A stretch of DNA of 64,000 bases from Octopus vulgaris (taxonomy: Eukaryota): contig OX597828.1 of assembly GCA_951406725.2 (NCBI GenBank), positions 52,204,001-52,268,000 on the forward strand, given 5' to 3'. A program made the position numbers and the translations under genes. The stretch's first letter is position 1, and each line of letters starts with the position of its first letter. Shown here piece after piece: positions 1 through 14,124 of the stretch. The notes under the pieces were generated by a model. That model was given only the letters and a program-made list of their open reading frames with translations, searched no databases and was not told where the DNA came from.

Positions 1-90
1 GTCCTAGCTGGAATACCTTTGATCATATACCTGCTCAGTCAGAGCTGACCTATGCTAAGCCACAACAGATGTAATGCTATTTCTGTTTAA

Positions 91-477
91 GGAGGCGCAA
101 TGGCCCCGTGGTTAGGGCAGCGGACTCGCGGTCATAGAATCGCGGTTTCGATTCCCAGACCGGGCGTTGTGAGTGTTTATTGAGCGAAAACACCTAAAGC
201 TCCACGAGGCTCCGGCAGGGGATGGTGGTGATCCCTGCTGTACTCTTTCACCACAACTTTCTCTCACTCTTACTTCCTGTTTCTGTTGTACCTGTACTTC
301 AAAGGGCCGGCCTTGTCACTCTCTGTGTCACGCTGAATATCCCCGAGAACTGCGTTAAGGGTACACGTGTCTGTGGAGTGCTCAGTCACTTACACGTTAA
401 TTTCACGAGCAGGCTGTTCCGTTGATTCGGATCAACCGGAACCCTCATCGTCGTAACCGACGGAGTGCTTCCACTCC
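91..477 (+). mobile_element. tRNA-derived SINE (family C), full length with target-site duplication
   Basis: tRNA-like head (A box TGGCCCCGTGG, B box GGTTTCGATTCC); near-identical copy at 29996-30380; 11-bp direct repeat ATTTCTGTTTA at 79-89 and 478-488. Confidence 0.9.
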
Positions 478-949
478 ATTTCTGTTTAGCAATCTTAGTT
501 TTATGGTTCATGTGGCTGAGGTCACCTTTGCCTTTCATTCTTCCCTGGGATCGATATAATGATTGGCAATCAAGTAGTAGCATCTATTTAATCGCCTCTG
601 CTCTCCTTCCAAATGTTGCAGCTTTGGAATTTTGTTCGAAAGGCGTTGATAGCTTGGTGGATTAGCGGAATCGCCAGAACCTCGAGCCATAAATTCTAGG
701 TATTGACGTCATGAGGCCAAATCCTGCTGCGGTCAAATTTTTAGCCTTTTAGCGTCTGAAAATATAGAGTACCAGTCATGTGCTAGGGTCGATGGTAGCG
801 ACTAATCCCCTCCTGACCAAAATTATTGACCTCGTGTTTAAATTAGAAACAATAATTAAATGTGGCATTATTTTGATTTAAACATCTAAGTAATGAGTCC
901 CATCTTGGTCATCTTTACATTTCATTCTCTACGGAATCCAAAACAAATT

Positions 950-1190
950 TAGAGGCGAATTGGCAGAGCGATTAAAGTGTATACTCAGAGTTCAAGTTCC
1001 CTATTTTTCACTGCCCACAAGGGGCTAAACACAGAGGGGACAAGCAAGGGCATACAAACAGATTAAGTCAATTATATCGACCCCAGTGCGTAACTGATAC
1101 TTAATTTATCGACCCCAAAAGGATAAAAGGCAAAGTCGACCTCGGCGGAATTTGAACTCAGAACGTAGTGGCAGACTAAATACCGCTAAG
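950..1190 (-). mobile_element. SINE family B (Nin-domain-like), partial
   Basis: Reverse complement of the GCCTTTCATCCTTTCGGGGTCGATAAATTAAGTACCAG-type core repeated across the window. Confidence 0.85.
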
Positions 1191-1436
1191 AATCGGTTAT
1201 CAAGCGATGTTGGGGGAACAAACACAGACACACAAACATATATACACACATGCATATATATATACATATATACGACGGGCTTCTTTCAGTTTCCGTCTAC
1301 TAAATCCACTCACAAGGCTTTGGTCGGCCCGAGGCTATAGTAGAAGACACTTGGCCAAGGTGTCACGCAGTGGGACTGAACCCGGAACCATGTGGTTGGT
1401 AAGCAAGCTACTTACCACACAGCCAATCCTACGCCT
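1191..1436 (-). mobile_element. SINE family A (CORE-like, internal TA/TG microsatellite), 5' half
   Basis: Reverse complement of the tRNA-like head and CACCTTGGCCAAGTGTCTT core shared with 23275-23757. Confidence 0.85.
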
Positions 1437-1547
1437 ATCAACTTTCTTAACAAATCATAATCTGCATCTGGTTAGATCCTGATTCTGTGGCCAAATACTT
1501 ATGGATCTTGTAGATTCTATATTTCTACTGATAGTGAAGGATTTGCT

Positions 1548-1850
1548 TGGAGGCACGTGGATCAGTGGTTAGGGTATTCGGCTCATGATCGTAAGGTTGT
1601 GTGTTCGGTACTCGGCGGTGCAGTGTGTTCTAGAGCAAGACAATCTATTTCACGTTGCACGAGTCTATTCAGATAGGAAACATGAGTTGTACCTGTCTTT
1701 CAAAGGGCCATAACTTGTCACATTGTATGTCAGACTGAATCTTCCTGAGCAATACCTTAAGGGTACACGTGTCTGTGGGGCGTTCAGCCAATTGCGCGTT
1801 AATTTCAAATCGGATCATCAGACGTCTTCGTCTTAACCGATAGGGCCCAG
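1548..1850 (+). mobile_element. Degenerate SINE related to family C
   Basis: Shares TTCAAAGGGCC and TTAAGGGTACACGTGTCTGTGG blocks with 91-477; decayed tRNA head. Confidence 0.7.
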
Positions 1851-1993
1851 TTAAAGATATAAAGATATGCTTATTATTATTGTTGCTTTTGGAAATGGTC
1901 ATATTGCCAGTTTAGCCAATAAAAACACACGCACTGTATATTTGGTGTTAATTTGCTTCAGCTTTATTTTATTTTTTACATTAATCGTATTTC

Positions 1994-2038
1994 GGCCAGA
2001 GTTCTTTCGTCACACTTCTGTGACCTCATCAGTGGTCC
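1994..2038 (-). ncRNA. Type I hammerhead ribozyme motif (intact core)
   Basis: Minus strand GGACCA-CTGATGA-G-GTCAC(agaagt)GTGAC-GAAA-GAAC-TC-TGGCC: 5-bp stem II, minimal stem III, CUC triplet, short stem I. Confidence 0.75.
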
Positions 2039-2420
2039 TTTGCTTTATTCTTTCTTATTTGTGTGTGTTTCCTTACTAATGATCAACCATTTTGTATTTT
2101 GTATTCCTGTTGTATGTACCATTATTTGCGCATGCGTGTACTCCTATGTGTGTCTGTGTTTAGTAAGTGCGTATGTGTGCGTGTTTGTGTGCGTGTGCGT
2201 ATGTGTGTGGGGGGAAGTACCTGTATTATCTGTATCCCCTGTTTATACACGTTCGTTTAATTTGTTTTTAATTGTTTTGTTCATGTGTTTATACGTACTT
2301 ATTTTTTCTATTCTTTCTTTTTTATATTTAATTTAATTTAAATTTGTTAACGTATATAGTTATTTAATTCCATTTGTTTATCCGTGTATTGTATTCTAAT
2401 TTGTTCATATTGTTATCAGT

Positions 2421-2978
2421 TTATGGGGATCTTATTCTGTCATATGTTGTGGTGTGTTCGGGGTGTGTGCTGTTGTTCCATTCCAGTTTTCTATTCGGGC
2501 TAGGTTTATCTTCTATTATGTTTGTAGCTTCTGTAATTTGTCTAAGCGCTGTTCTATATGTGGACAAGATTTTAACTTCTATATTGTTGAGTGAGCCCCC
2601 GTGTTCCTGCTCGACATGCTGGTACAGAACCGATGAGGTCTTCTCTTCCTTAAGTTCCCTCCAATGCTCAGTTATCCGCTCTCCTGTGCTCCGTGCTGTT
2701 TCCCCTACGTATGTCGTTGTCTTGTGACTGCACCGTCCCTCTGTACATCTTATAATATAGACTACATTTTTGGCTTTATAGTTTGTTTGTGGGTTAAATA
2801 TACATACAGTACAGTTCTCATCAGTACAGGGGGTTCTACTAAAAGGGTAGGTTCTACCGATTAGGGATTTGATAGGGTTGCCTAGCCTTTCAACAACCCT
2901 TATTCTTAGCTTAAGTTTGTCTAGGGCCCTTCTAAAGCGGTACGCCAGCTCCCCTCTAGAGGTGGTGTCGACGAACAT
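2421..2978 (-). pseudogene. PLE linker and GIY-YIG endonuclease (RT missing)
   Basis: CTDENCTVC...NVVYIIRC...TYVGETARSTGERITEH...RQITEA...N: VVY/YVG/R/E/N residues of GIY-YIG nucleases with the Cys-rich linker typical of PLEs. Confidence 0.85.
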
Positions 2979-3014
2979 GACACTCTGGTATTTGTGGCTA
3001 TCATACCATGAGTT

Positions 3015-3310
3015 GGGCTTTGTCTTTCATCCTTTCGGGGTCGATAAATTAAGTACTAGTTGCGTTCTGGTGTCGATCTAATAAGACTGGCCCCACCCCC
3101 AAAGTTTTAGGCCTTGTGCTTAGAGTAGAAAACAATATGTTTAACGAAAATTCGGTTGTCTTTATATTCTTCCGAGTTCAAAGTCCGCCGAAGTCGACTT
3201 TGCTTTTTCATACTTTCGGATTCGATATAGAAAAAGGTACCAGCTGAGCCCTAGGGTTGATGCAATCGCGTGAGCCGAAATTGCTGGCCTTGAGCCAAAA
3301 TCTGAAACAA
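3015..3310 (+). mobile_element. SINE family B fragments (two)
   Basis: CTTTCATCCTTTCGGGGTCGATAAATTAAGTAC core, present twice. Confidence 0.75.
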
Positions 3311-3974
3311 ACATTTATGGAGAGAGAGAATAAAGTGATATCACCATATTTGGAATTTGAGGCCTTGTGTGTAAGAGAGAGAGAGAGGGAGAGAGACAGA
3401 GAGAAAGAGAGAGAGAGAAGTATTAATAATATATGTGTTTAACATAAAGTAACTATGGACACTTAGGGATTTATAATACCTCAATGGATTATAGTATTAT
3501 ATATACACCCACACACTCACATGTACATATATATATCCATACATAAGCACATATACATTGCGTAAATGTATATACACACACATATATATATATATGTACA
3601 TATTTATATGTGTGTGTGTAGATATATATTTATGTATATCAACACACACACACGTAATTACGCGTCCACATTTTAAGATATATTTCGTATTTTCCTACCA
3701 GAGGGTTTATATACATTGTTTACAATATTAATACAAATCTTATGTTCTGGTGACAATGGGGCAAATTGTTATCATTGATATTATTTGTTTCTAATATTCT
3801 TATCATCATCATCATCATCATCATCATTTATTTATTTATTTATTTATTTATTTATCTATCTATTTTTCTATATGTTTGTGACTTTCTGATTCGCTCCCTG
3901 GCTAAAACGTCCCAAACCGCCTGCAACGAAAATGTGCTTGTTCCCTCTTGTTATAGTCATGTTGTTGTTTAACT

Positions 3975-3995
3975 AATAACAACAACAACAACAAC

Positions 3996-4087
<92 letters not shown>

Positions 4088-4116
4088 CGACGGTAATGAT
4101 GATGATACTATTAATA

Positions 4117-4175
<59 letters not shown>

Positions 4176-4197
4176 CGACGGTAATGATGATGATACT

Positions 4198-4271
<74 letters not shown>

Positions 4272-4323
4272 CGACGGTAATGATGATGATACTATTATTA
4301 TTATTGTTATTATTATTATTATA

Positions 4324-4375
<52 letters not shown>
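3975..4375. repeat. (AAT)n/(ATT)n microsatellite with repeated GACGACGGTAATGATGATGATACT interruption
   Basis: Direct reading; the interruption occurs three times. Confidence 0.95.
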
Positions 4376-4689
4376 TCTCCCCGTGGCTGCGGACCTTCAC
4401 CGGAAATGAAGCCTGCTGTAAAATGGAAAATCTTTGCAATCTTTGCTCAATCTTTGCTAAAATGCCCCGACCAACATTTAGCTGGATGCCACAGGGCGCA
4501 ATCGGAATGGCATTAGTTTTCGTTTCGATATTTGTGTTGAATGGCTATGGAATGGTTCGTAATGGAAGACAGTTTTCTGGGTTTTTTTTTATTATTATGA
4601 TTATGGTTCTTGGGGTGGCTGCCCCAAATAAAAAGCTATTAAAAGGTTGCGGTTCTGGTTTGCATTAAAACATCTTTGGTGGTGGGGCG

Positions 4690-5632
4690 ACCACCGTCAC
4701 TACCATCGTTGCCTCTAAGACCATTACAATATGGAGTATAGCTGCTTAACCATTACCGCTACTGCCAGCAGCCGTCCCTGTGAGGATCCTTTTGCGCCAT
4801 CGATGCCATCACCATTGACGATTCTATATAGCCATCGATGACCACTACCAATTATGCATCACCACCAACACCGCGACGACAACATCCCCATCACTACCAG
4901 CACCCCAACCACCAGTGGTATTACTACCACCACTATCACCACTATCGGCGCCGTCGCCTCCACAGAAGCGGCCACCAGCATCATGACTACCACTTCCACC
5001 ATCACCACCACCAACAACAACTACTACTACCGCCATCACACCACCATCACCAATATATTAAATACCATTACTGGTAATGACACCACCAGCGTTAGCACTA
5101 CGACATACCACTATGAATATAACAACTACCATCAATCATAGCTACTACCAACACAGTCATCACCATCACCATCACTACTTCCACGAACAACACCACAAAC
5201 ACCACCGCCCCCACAAACACATGCACCACCACTATCAACATCAAACCCACCACCACCACCACCACCATCACCACCACCACCACCACCACCATCAGTACCT
5301 CCGCCACTACTATCACCACCAAAACTACTACTACTGTCATCCCCTCAATGAGCACAACTACCACCGGAGCCACTTCAGAATCGACCTGCAGCAAACCAAC
5401 AAACATTAACGTCAATACCACTAACACTACCACTACCACCAGCATCCCTACCACCAATACCACTACCACAACCATCATCGGGCACATCGCTATCGCTCCT
5501 ACAATCCTGTTCATAAAGACAACCTCAATTATTACCACTGCCACCAGCACAATCACAACCTTTGTTACCACTAAACCACAATGACCGCCACTATCACTTC
5601 CAGCACTGCTGCTACTGTTGCTGCTGCTGCTG

Positions 5633-5668
<36 letters not shown>

Positions 5669-7020
5669 AAACCATAGTCATTAAAGCCGAGACCACAGCG
5701 ATCACCGCCGCCATTTATAACTGTTGCCATCACCAATACTATCGTTAGCACCACCTCTACTACCACTGAAACTATAATGGTCACTGAGATCGTCACCCTC
5801 CATCTCACCATCACCACCATCATCCTCATGCTATCGCTAATACCGCCACCACTGTTACTGTTACCCATACTATGATTGCGACAATTGCTGCTGTGGTAAT
5901 CACCACCACAGCCAACACCACAATCACTAACGCCACCACCACCACCACCACCACCACCACCACCACCACCACCACCACCACCACCACCACCACCACCACT
6001 GCAACCATCACAATTACCATCAATGTTACCATTATAGTTTCCACCATTATGTGCTTTGCTTCCGTGGCCATCACTGCCAATATAAACTTCATCAATACTA
6101 ATAATACTAGAGTTTCCATCACCATGACCATCTCTACAAACAAAACCACCATCACTACCATCAACATCATCGACGTCAGCAACGCCAGCAGCTGCACCAC
6201 CACCACTACCACTGCAACCAAAACCAGACCACTACAACTAACACCACTACCACCAACACAACAACCTTACAAAACACCGCCAATACCATAACCACCATAG
6301 CCATCATAACCACCGCAACCACCAACACCATTATCACAATCACCTTCGTCAGATTCATCAATAATAAACTTACCATCCAACACCACCGCCAACACCCTGC
6401 TATTACTACCAACTACACCACGACTAACTACACCACAACCAATGCCACCACTACCACCAACACAACAACGCCACCACCACCACAACATCAAATGCACATA
6501 CCACCATCACTACAACCACCACCACCACCACTACTATTACTACCAAATCCAACACTACCAACTACATCACCACTAACTACACCACAACCAATGCCACCAT
6601 TACCACCAACACCACCAACGCCACCACCAGCATCACCACGATCAAATACACTACCACCATCACTACAACCATCACCACTACATCAAATACACTACCGCCA
6701 TCACTACAACACCACCACTAAAAATCCAACATCACTACCAAATCCACCACCACTACAAAATCCAACACCACTACAAAAACTCACCACCAACACCACCAAT
6801 ACCGCCACCACCTCTACAAAATCCAACCCCACCACCAAATCCACCACCACCACAACCACTACCACCACCACTACAAAATCCAACACAACCACCAAATCCA
6901 CCACCATCATCTACATCCACACCGACTAACTTCATCACCACCAACTCCACCATCAACACCACCAACTACCACCACCAACACCAACAACAGCAACACTACC
7001 ACCATCACCACCACCATCAT
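4690..7020. repeat. (ACC/ACT/CAC)-rich low-complexity tract
   Basis: Degenerate trinucleotide repeats; poly-T/H/P ORFs in all frames. Confidence 0.9.
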
Positions 7021-7484
7021 GCTGTAGTTGATGTTGTTTTGCAGTCCCAGTCATCGTTAATGGAGCAGACGCTTAAATATTGTATAAAGGCGGGGGTCGG
7101 GTGGGTGTAGGGTAATAGATGTAGGGGGTTGAGAGACGGAATTGTGAGATCGTCTAGTCTAAAAAGGGGGGGGGTAAAGGTGGTGAGGATGGGAGAGGTG
7201 GGAGCTAAAACTGTGAAATGGCGATGCAAGAATGTTTGAGCGAAAGAAAAGGAAGATGGATATTAGGGTGTTAGGGAGAGGCACGTTGAAATAGAAGGAG
7301 GATGAGGAGGAGGAAGTAGAGTAGAAAGAAAGGAAGAAGGATAGAGAGAGAGGAGGAGAGAAAGAAACGAAGCATGCAAGAAAAGGAGGCAAGAACAGCG
7401 AGAGAGATGTGGTGCGAAAGAGAGAGAGAGTGGGAGGGATAGAGTAAAAGCGCACGAGGAGAAATATCTATCGATCTGTCTGTA

Positions 7485-7552
<68 letters not shown>

Positions 7553-7569
7553 ATCTATCAGTCTGTCTG

Positions 7570-7687
<118 letters not shown>

Positions 7688-8494
7688 AGTCTGTCTGTCT
7701 GTCTATCTGTCTATCTGACTATCTATTTGTTCGTCTATCTATCAGTTTATCTGATGGTCTGTCTGACGGACTGCCTATATACAATGAATGGAAGCATGCA
7801 TTTACCATGTTTATATGTGTGTATGTATGTATGTATGTATGTATGTATGTATGTATGTATGTATGTATGTATGTATGTATGTATGTATGTATGCATGTAT
7901 TTAAGTATGTATATATGTATGTATGTTTGTACGAATATATGTATGTTTGTACGTATGTATGTATACATGTATGTATGAATGAATGTGTATATCTGTATAT
8001 GTATGTATGAATGTGTATGTATATATGTATGTGTGTGCATGTATGTAGGTATACATGTATGTATGAGTGTATGTATGAATGTGTGTATACATGTATGTAG
8101 ATGTGTATATCTGTGCATGTTTGCATATATGTATGTAGGTATGCATGCATGTATGTCTGTATATATGATTTATAAATGTATCATTTTGTATGTATGTATG
8201 CGTGTATGAATGGTTATGTATGTACCTATTTATCTTTCGACCTATGTAATCCACTCACAATCCACACATATACGTGCGCGCACACTCTCTCTCTCACACA
8301 CACACACACACAAATTCACGCACATAAATATATATACATACACATATATTTACACATACGCACACATATATACATGCACGTACATTCACACACACACAAA
8401 TATTTCTAACAGAAATATATTTAACAATATATAAAAGTAAAACAAAAGCAACTCTAAAAATGAATAAGAACAATAAAAATAAAAACAAAGACAG

Positions 8495-8530
<36 letters not shown>

Positions 8531-9120
8531 TAACCTCAACATCGGCAGAAATTTAAAAAGGCATAAAACTATAGAAAGAAAAAAGAACGTAATGGAAGAA
8601 TGTTTTGCCCATTTCGAGGTTGGAAGTCCCACAGTGAATTTTAGCGCGACACCTGGGAGAACTTCCGGTAAGTTGATGTTCGGACGACACCAATATTGTA
8701 CTAGCATTTCCTTATATGGTCATCACCTCTGGGCAGTACTTAGCGAATTATCTCTGCTAAAAGGTGCACGAAATGGGAGCAGCGGGGTTAGGGTGGAGGA
8801 GGAGCAATATTTTATAGATTTGATGGAAAATACTAGAAAGCGAAAGTAGGGTTTTATAGAATCAGAGAATGGTGCAAGCCACATTCTTGCTGATGGATAT
8901 GTGTGTGTGTGTGTGTGTTCCTGTGTGTGTATGTATATATGTATGTATGTAAGTATGTATGTATATAAATGTTTACAAACGTACACATGCACACCCTCAA
9001 TTACGGATATATTCGTATAGAAACACATAACCACACACCTGTATATACATATACGTATACAACAGGCACACACACGCACATATATACATACTATAATATA
9101 TATGGGTGTGTATATTATGT

Positions 9121-9300
9121 AGAGAATTCACAAAAAAAAAAGAGACGAAGACAGGTGGTGTAGGCAACAAACAGATGTATTAATATAACGCTCGGGAAGT
9201 GAAAAAGTCTTTAACGTTTCGAGCCTACGCTCTTCCACAGAAAGGAACACAGCAAGAAACAAGGAGAGAAAATAAAGAATGTGTAGTGGTTAGCGATCTA
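9121..9300 (-). mobile_element. Short TA-flanked repeat (probable PLE terminal repeat) with HHR-like motif at 9209-9244
   Basis: Minus strand CTTT-CTGTGGA-A-GAGC(gtag)GCTC-GAAA-CG-TT-AAAG; homologous copies at 18748, 19294 and 29138. Confidence 0.7.
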
Positions 9301-9495
9301 TGTACATATATATGTTTGCGTGTGTGTGTGGATCTACTTGTTTCAGTGATGAGACTGCGGCAATGCTGGGACATCGCGTTGAAGAATTCGTATGAGTGGT
9401 ACGAATAGACCCCAGGAATATTTAAAGTAAATATGCGAACATCTTTTGTAAAGTGGTGGTGAAGAAACGAACGTAAGCACGCAAAATCATGCACA

Positions 9496-9542
<47 letters not shown>

Positions 9543-9601
9543 GCGCACATTGATACTTTCAAAGATATGCGTGTGTATGCATGTATGTACGTATATATAT
9601 C

Positions 9602-9694
<93 letters not shown>

Positions 9695-9709
9695 GATAGG
9701 TAGACAGAC

Positions 9710-9752
<43 letters not shown>

Positions 9753-9831
9753 AAGATACATACATACATACATATATACATACATACATACATGCATGCA
9801 TACATACATACATACACATACATACATACAT

Positions 9832-9864
<33 letters not shown>

Positions 9865-9894
9865 TAGGTAGATCGATAGATAGATATAATGTAC

Positions 9895-10200
9895 ACGACT
9901 GACTTCTTTCAGTTTCCGTCTACCATATCCGCTCACAGGATTTTGTTAGCCCGAGGTTACCGTAGAATTTACTTACCGTAGGTGCCACGCAGTAGGACTG
10001 AACACCCCACTCACACAAACTCACACACAACGATGAGCTGCTTTCAATTTCCGTCTACCAAATCCACTCACAAGACTCGGTTAACTCGAGGCTATAGTAG
10101 AAGACACTTGCCCAAAATGCCAAGCAGTGGGACTGAACCCGGAACTATGTGGTTGGGAAGTAAACTTCTTACCACACAGCCAGAGCCTCGCCTACGTCCT
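9895..10200 (-). mobile_element. SINE family A 5' halves (tandem pair)
   Basis: Two successive reverse-complement copies of the head and core. Confidence 0.8.
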
Positions 10201-10688
10201 ACACCTATTGCCACGCTTGCGCCTATATCTCGAAATTTATCATATAATACTACAATGGCAGTCCAATGCTACCTTTTTGTTCTTTTATCATGCATTTATG
10301 ACAACATCTTGAAATAAAATTATTATTATACAGTTCAGTAAATTAATTATCATCCCTGTGCTTTTATTACACGCCATATAAGGTCATTTTAGTTATACAT
10401 ATTCCAGAGGAAGAATCAAGTTAGCATTGCATGTGGCAAGTCAGGGTCTTTGAATTACATGGAGAGACGAGTCTTCGGAACAAAATCACTCAGATTTTAG
10501 TATACCTATAAAAGAAAGTCAAAAACGAGATTTTAAGCACAGTGCGTTGGTTAAATCATGCACCCTCTATGCAATGTACATACATACCGAGTACATATAC
10601 ATACATACACACACACGCACATATATATTACACACATATATATATATATAAAAAACACACACACACATATATAACATATATGTATATG

Positions 10689-10807
10689 GCTTACGGCCAT
10701 ATCACGTTGAAAGCACCGGTTCTCGTCCGATCACCGAAGTTAATCAACGTCGAACTTAGTTAGTACTTAGATGGGTGACCGCTTGGAAAACCTAGGTGCT
10801 GCAAGCG
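10689..10807 (+). rRNA. 5S rRNA gene copy, dispersed, probably a pseudogene
   Basis: 119 nt GCTTACGGCCATATCACGTTGAAAGCACCGGTTCTCGTCCGATCACCGAAGTTAA...TAGTACTTAGATGGGTGACCGCTTGG...GGTGCTGCAAGC; helix I pairs with one mismatch; TTTT at 10816-10819. Confidence 0.9.
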
Positions 10808-10820
10808 TCACACACTTTTA

Positions 10821-11514
10821 GGCACATGAGTGGCTGTGTGGTAAGTAGCTTGCTTACGAACCGCATGGTTCCGGGTTCAGTCCCACTGCGTGGCACTTTG
10901 GGCAAGTGTCTTCTACTATAGCCTCGGGCCGACCAAAGCCTTTTGAGTGGATTTGGTAGACAGAAACTAAAAGAAGCCCGTCGTATATATATATTTCTTT
11001 ACTACCCACAAGGGGCTAAACACAGAGGGGATAAACAAGGACAGACAAACGGATTAAATCGATTATATCGACCCCAATGCGTAACTGGTACTTAATTTAT
11101 CGACCCAGAAAGGATGAAAGGCAAAGTCGACCACGGCGGAATTTGAACTCAGAACGTAACGGCAGACGAAATACGGTTACGCATTTCGCCCGGCGTGCTA
11201 ACGTTTCTGCCAGCTCGCCCGTCGTATATATATATTGATGTGTGTGTTTGTGTGTGTATGTGTATGTGTATGTGTGTGTGTGTGTGTGTGCGTGTGTGTG
11301 TGTTTGTGCGTCTGTGTTTGTTCCCCCAACATCGCTTGACAACCGATGCTGGTGTATTTACGTCCTTGTAACCTAGCGGTTCGGCAAAAAAAAGGGTGAT
11401 AGAATAAGTACTGGGCTTACAAAGAATAAGTCCCGGGGTCGAATTGCTCGACTAAAGGCGGTGCTCCAGCATCGCCGCAGTCAAATGACTGAAACAAGTA
11501 AAAGAGTAAAAGAG
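10821..11514 (+). mobile_element. SINE family A, full length, with family B SINE nested (10995-11220, minus) in its TA tract
   Basis: Head, core and 3' tail GGCGGTGCTCCAGCAT..GACTGAAACAAGTAAAAGAG; CCCGTCGTATATATATATT duplicated on both sides of the insert. Confidence 0.9.
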
Positions 11515-11907
11515 TATATGTACCGATGTATCTACATATCTATTTATGTATGTATGTTTGTATGTATGTGTGTGTGTGCACGTATCCGTATATCTGCATA
11601 AACGGATACACACTCAGAAATCACAAAGATACGAAAATAGAATGCCGTATTTTTAATCAAATAGTCTGTCATACCACAAATAGTTTAAAAGCCAATAAAA
11701 TATGTCAGTAATCATGGAGTTAGTGAGTAAACCTTGACGTGGACCTGCGTCGTATGTGTAATTGCTCTATGGAAGACAAGGACTTTTATTGAGCTGTACA
11801 TCCGGCATTGTATGCTTTATGAATTTTGCAAATGCAACAATGTTACACGTACAAGAGAGAGCATATGTGACTACCAAAGGTTGTTTTATAAATTCAAAAT
11901 AATAGTC

Positions 11908-12510
11908 AGCGAGCCAGCAGAAACGTTAGCGCGCCGGGCGAAATGCTTAGAGGTATTTCGTCTGCCGTTACGTTCTGAATTCAAATCCCGCCGACATCGA
12001 TTTTGCCTTTCATTCTTTCGGGGTCCATAGATTAAGTACCAGTTACGCACTGGGGTCAATGTAATCGACTTAATCCCTTTGTCTGTCCTTGTTTGTCCCT
12101 CTATGTTAAGCCCCTTGTGGACAATAAAGAAATAGGTATTTCGTCTATCTTCACATTCTGAGTTCAAATTCCGCCGAGGTCGACTTTGCCTTTCATCCTT
12201 TCAGGGTCGATAAATTAAGTACCAGTTACTCACTGGGGTCGATGTAGTCGCTTTAATCCCTTTGTCTATTCTTGTTTGTCCCCTCTATGTTTATCCCCTT
12301 GTGGGCAAAGAAAGAAATAAGAAGCGTTAGCATGCCGGGCGAAATGCTTAGTGGTATTTCGTCTGCCGTTACGTTCTGAGTTCCGCCGAGGTCGACTTTG
12401 TCTTTCATCCTTTCGGAGTCGATAAATTAAGTACCAGTTGCGTACTGGGCTTGATCTAATCGACTAGCCCCTCCCCAAAAATTTCGAGCCTTGTACCTAG
12501 AGTACAAAAA
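11908..12510 (+). mobile_element. SINE family B tandem array (about 3 units)
   Basis: Repeated GTTCTGAGTTCAAATTCCGCCGAGGTCGACTTTGCCTTTCATCC blocks. Confidence 0.9.
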
Positions 12511-12519
12511 ATAAATTCA

Positions 12520-13026
12520 AAATGATGATTACGATCTTCCGGATGGGTATCGATCAGGAAAACTAACAGCTGTAAATAATGACGCAGTAAATACACCATA
12601 CGAAGTGGATCCGTATTGAAGTATTGGGAACTTAGTTCGGATGTTTTAATAAACTTGGGTCCACAGAGAAAGAAAGTGGTAACCTTGCTCTCAGGGCAGA
12701 TAATCCGAGAAAAGATAAATTCATTCGGTTGGAAGACTCTATCTCACCCTACTTTCTCGCAAGGTCTACAGTCAACAGATACTTACTTCTTCGGGTTATT
12801 TGAACCCTTTTCCTGTGGAGAAACATTCAGGAGTAGAGACGATAACGAAACGGCAATCCAAACATTCTTCTCTTCTATAGAATCTGATTTATTTTCCCTC
12901 AAAGAATCAGAAAATTGGTTTTGATGTGGGGCAATGTTATCGCTACCAATGGTTATATGTTTCTTTTTTTTTTTCATCATGAAAAATTAGAAACTTCGGG
13001 GAAATGTGAAATAATTAATTTTTAAC
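12520..13026 (+). mobile_element. Internally deleted mariner transposase relic
   Basis: GWKTLSHPTFSQGLQSTDTYFF resembles the mariner HPPYSPDLAPSDYHLF motif; upstream DGYRSGK resembles the HTH-linker RSGRP. Confidence 0.7.
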
Positions 13027-13429
13027 ATTGGAAAACGAAGTAGCTAAATCACTCGAATTGTTCTGTCTGTAGGGTACTTTAACTTCCTTATTTATAACGT
13101 TATATATATATATGCATATATATACGTATATGTGTGTGTATCATACGTTTCAAAGAATTGTGTTGACAGTGACTTCGAAGTTTCGCCTGCTACCCTTCAT
13201 CGTTCTGTTTTTATTATAACTCGATATCAAAATTGTGTATCTATGCATGTATGTATGTATGTATGTATGTATGTATGTATGTATCTAATTTATGTATGTA
13301 TGTGTATATGTATGTAGGTAGTTTGGTAGGTAGGTTATACACACACATACATTTACACACACATATATACGTACAGAAACTTATATATGGTGATAGAGTG
13401 ATGAAATTATCATTATTATTATTGTTGGC

Positions 13430-13507
<78 letters not shown>

Positions 13508-14124
13508 AACGTTATTTGCATATAGAAATATGTGCATAGATGGGTATGTATATGTTTATACAAGGGGATGTGTGCCAACAATTAGTGTGTCAGAGAGGCT
13601 TTATGAATTTGTGAGTGCGTTCAAGAACACACACGCACACATACTCACAGTCGCGCACTCTCACAAACACATACATTTGTCCATATATACATGCATTTTA
13701 CTTTGTACAAACGTAAACTTTGTATATGGATATAAAGCACATGTTTATATATGTATTTACACCTTCGTACCAGCCCTCTTACATGAAAGCACAGAGGCAT
13801 CACAGCACTATTCAAAAACAATAAACAAACACATAACCACCTCACACCCTCATTCATGCACCCGTTACCATATACGCAACCCGCACCCGGTCCTTTATTT
13901 CACATATACGACAAAACGCGGGCAACAACCTTCGACCTGCAAACACACGTACGCTCCGACCGAAACAAACTAACTTTTGTTCATCACGTGACTAGCTTAT
14001 TAATATAAATGTACAATTGGTACTAATAATGTTTCATAGTACAAAAAAAAGAAATAATTGTCTACTTGTGTGTGTGTGTGTGTGCGTTTGTATATGTATA
14101 TATATATATATATATATATGAATA

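Larger units (their letters stand above)
1865..2990 (-). mobile_element. 5'-truncated Penelope-like element: GIY-YIG endonuclease, 3' terminal repeat with hammerhead
   Basis: ORF 2421-2978 with the GIY-YIG signature; HHR at 1994-2038; (ATA)n-type tail near 1870. Confidence 0.85.

Noticed and set aside
91-165. Functional tRNA gene
   Set aside because: Continues into a SINE body with TSDs; acceptor stem does not pair
4690-7020. Mucin- or His-rich ORFs
   Set aside because: Degenerate (ACC)n tract with stops in all frames and no consistent reading frame
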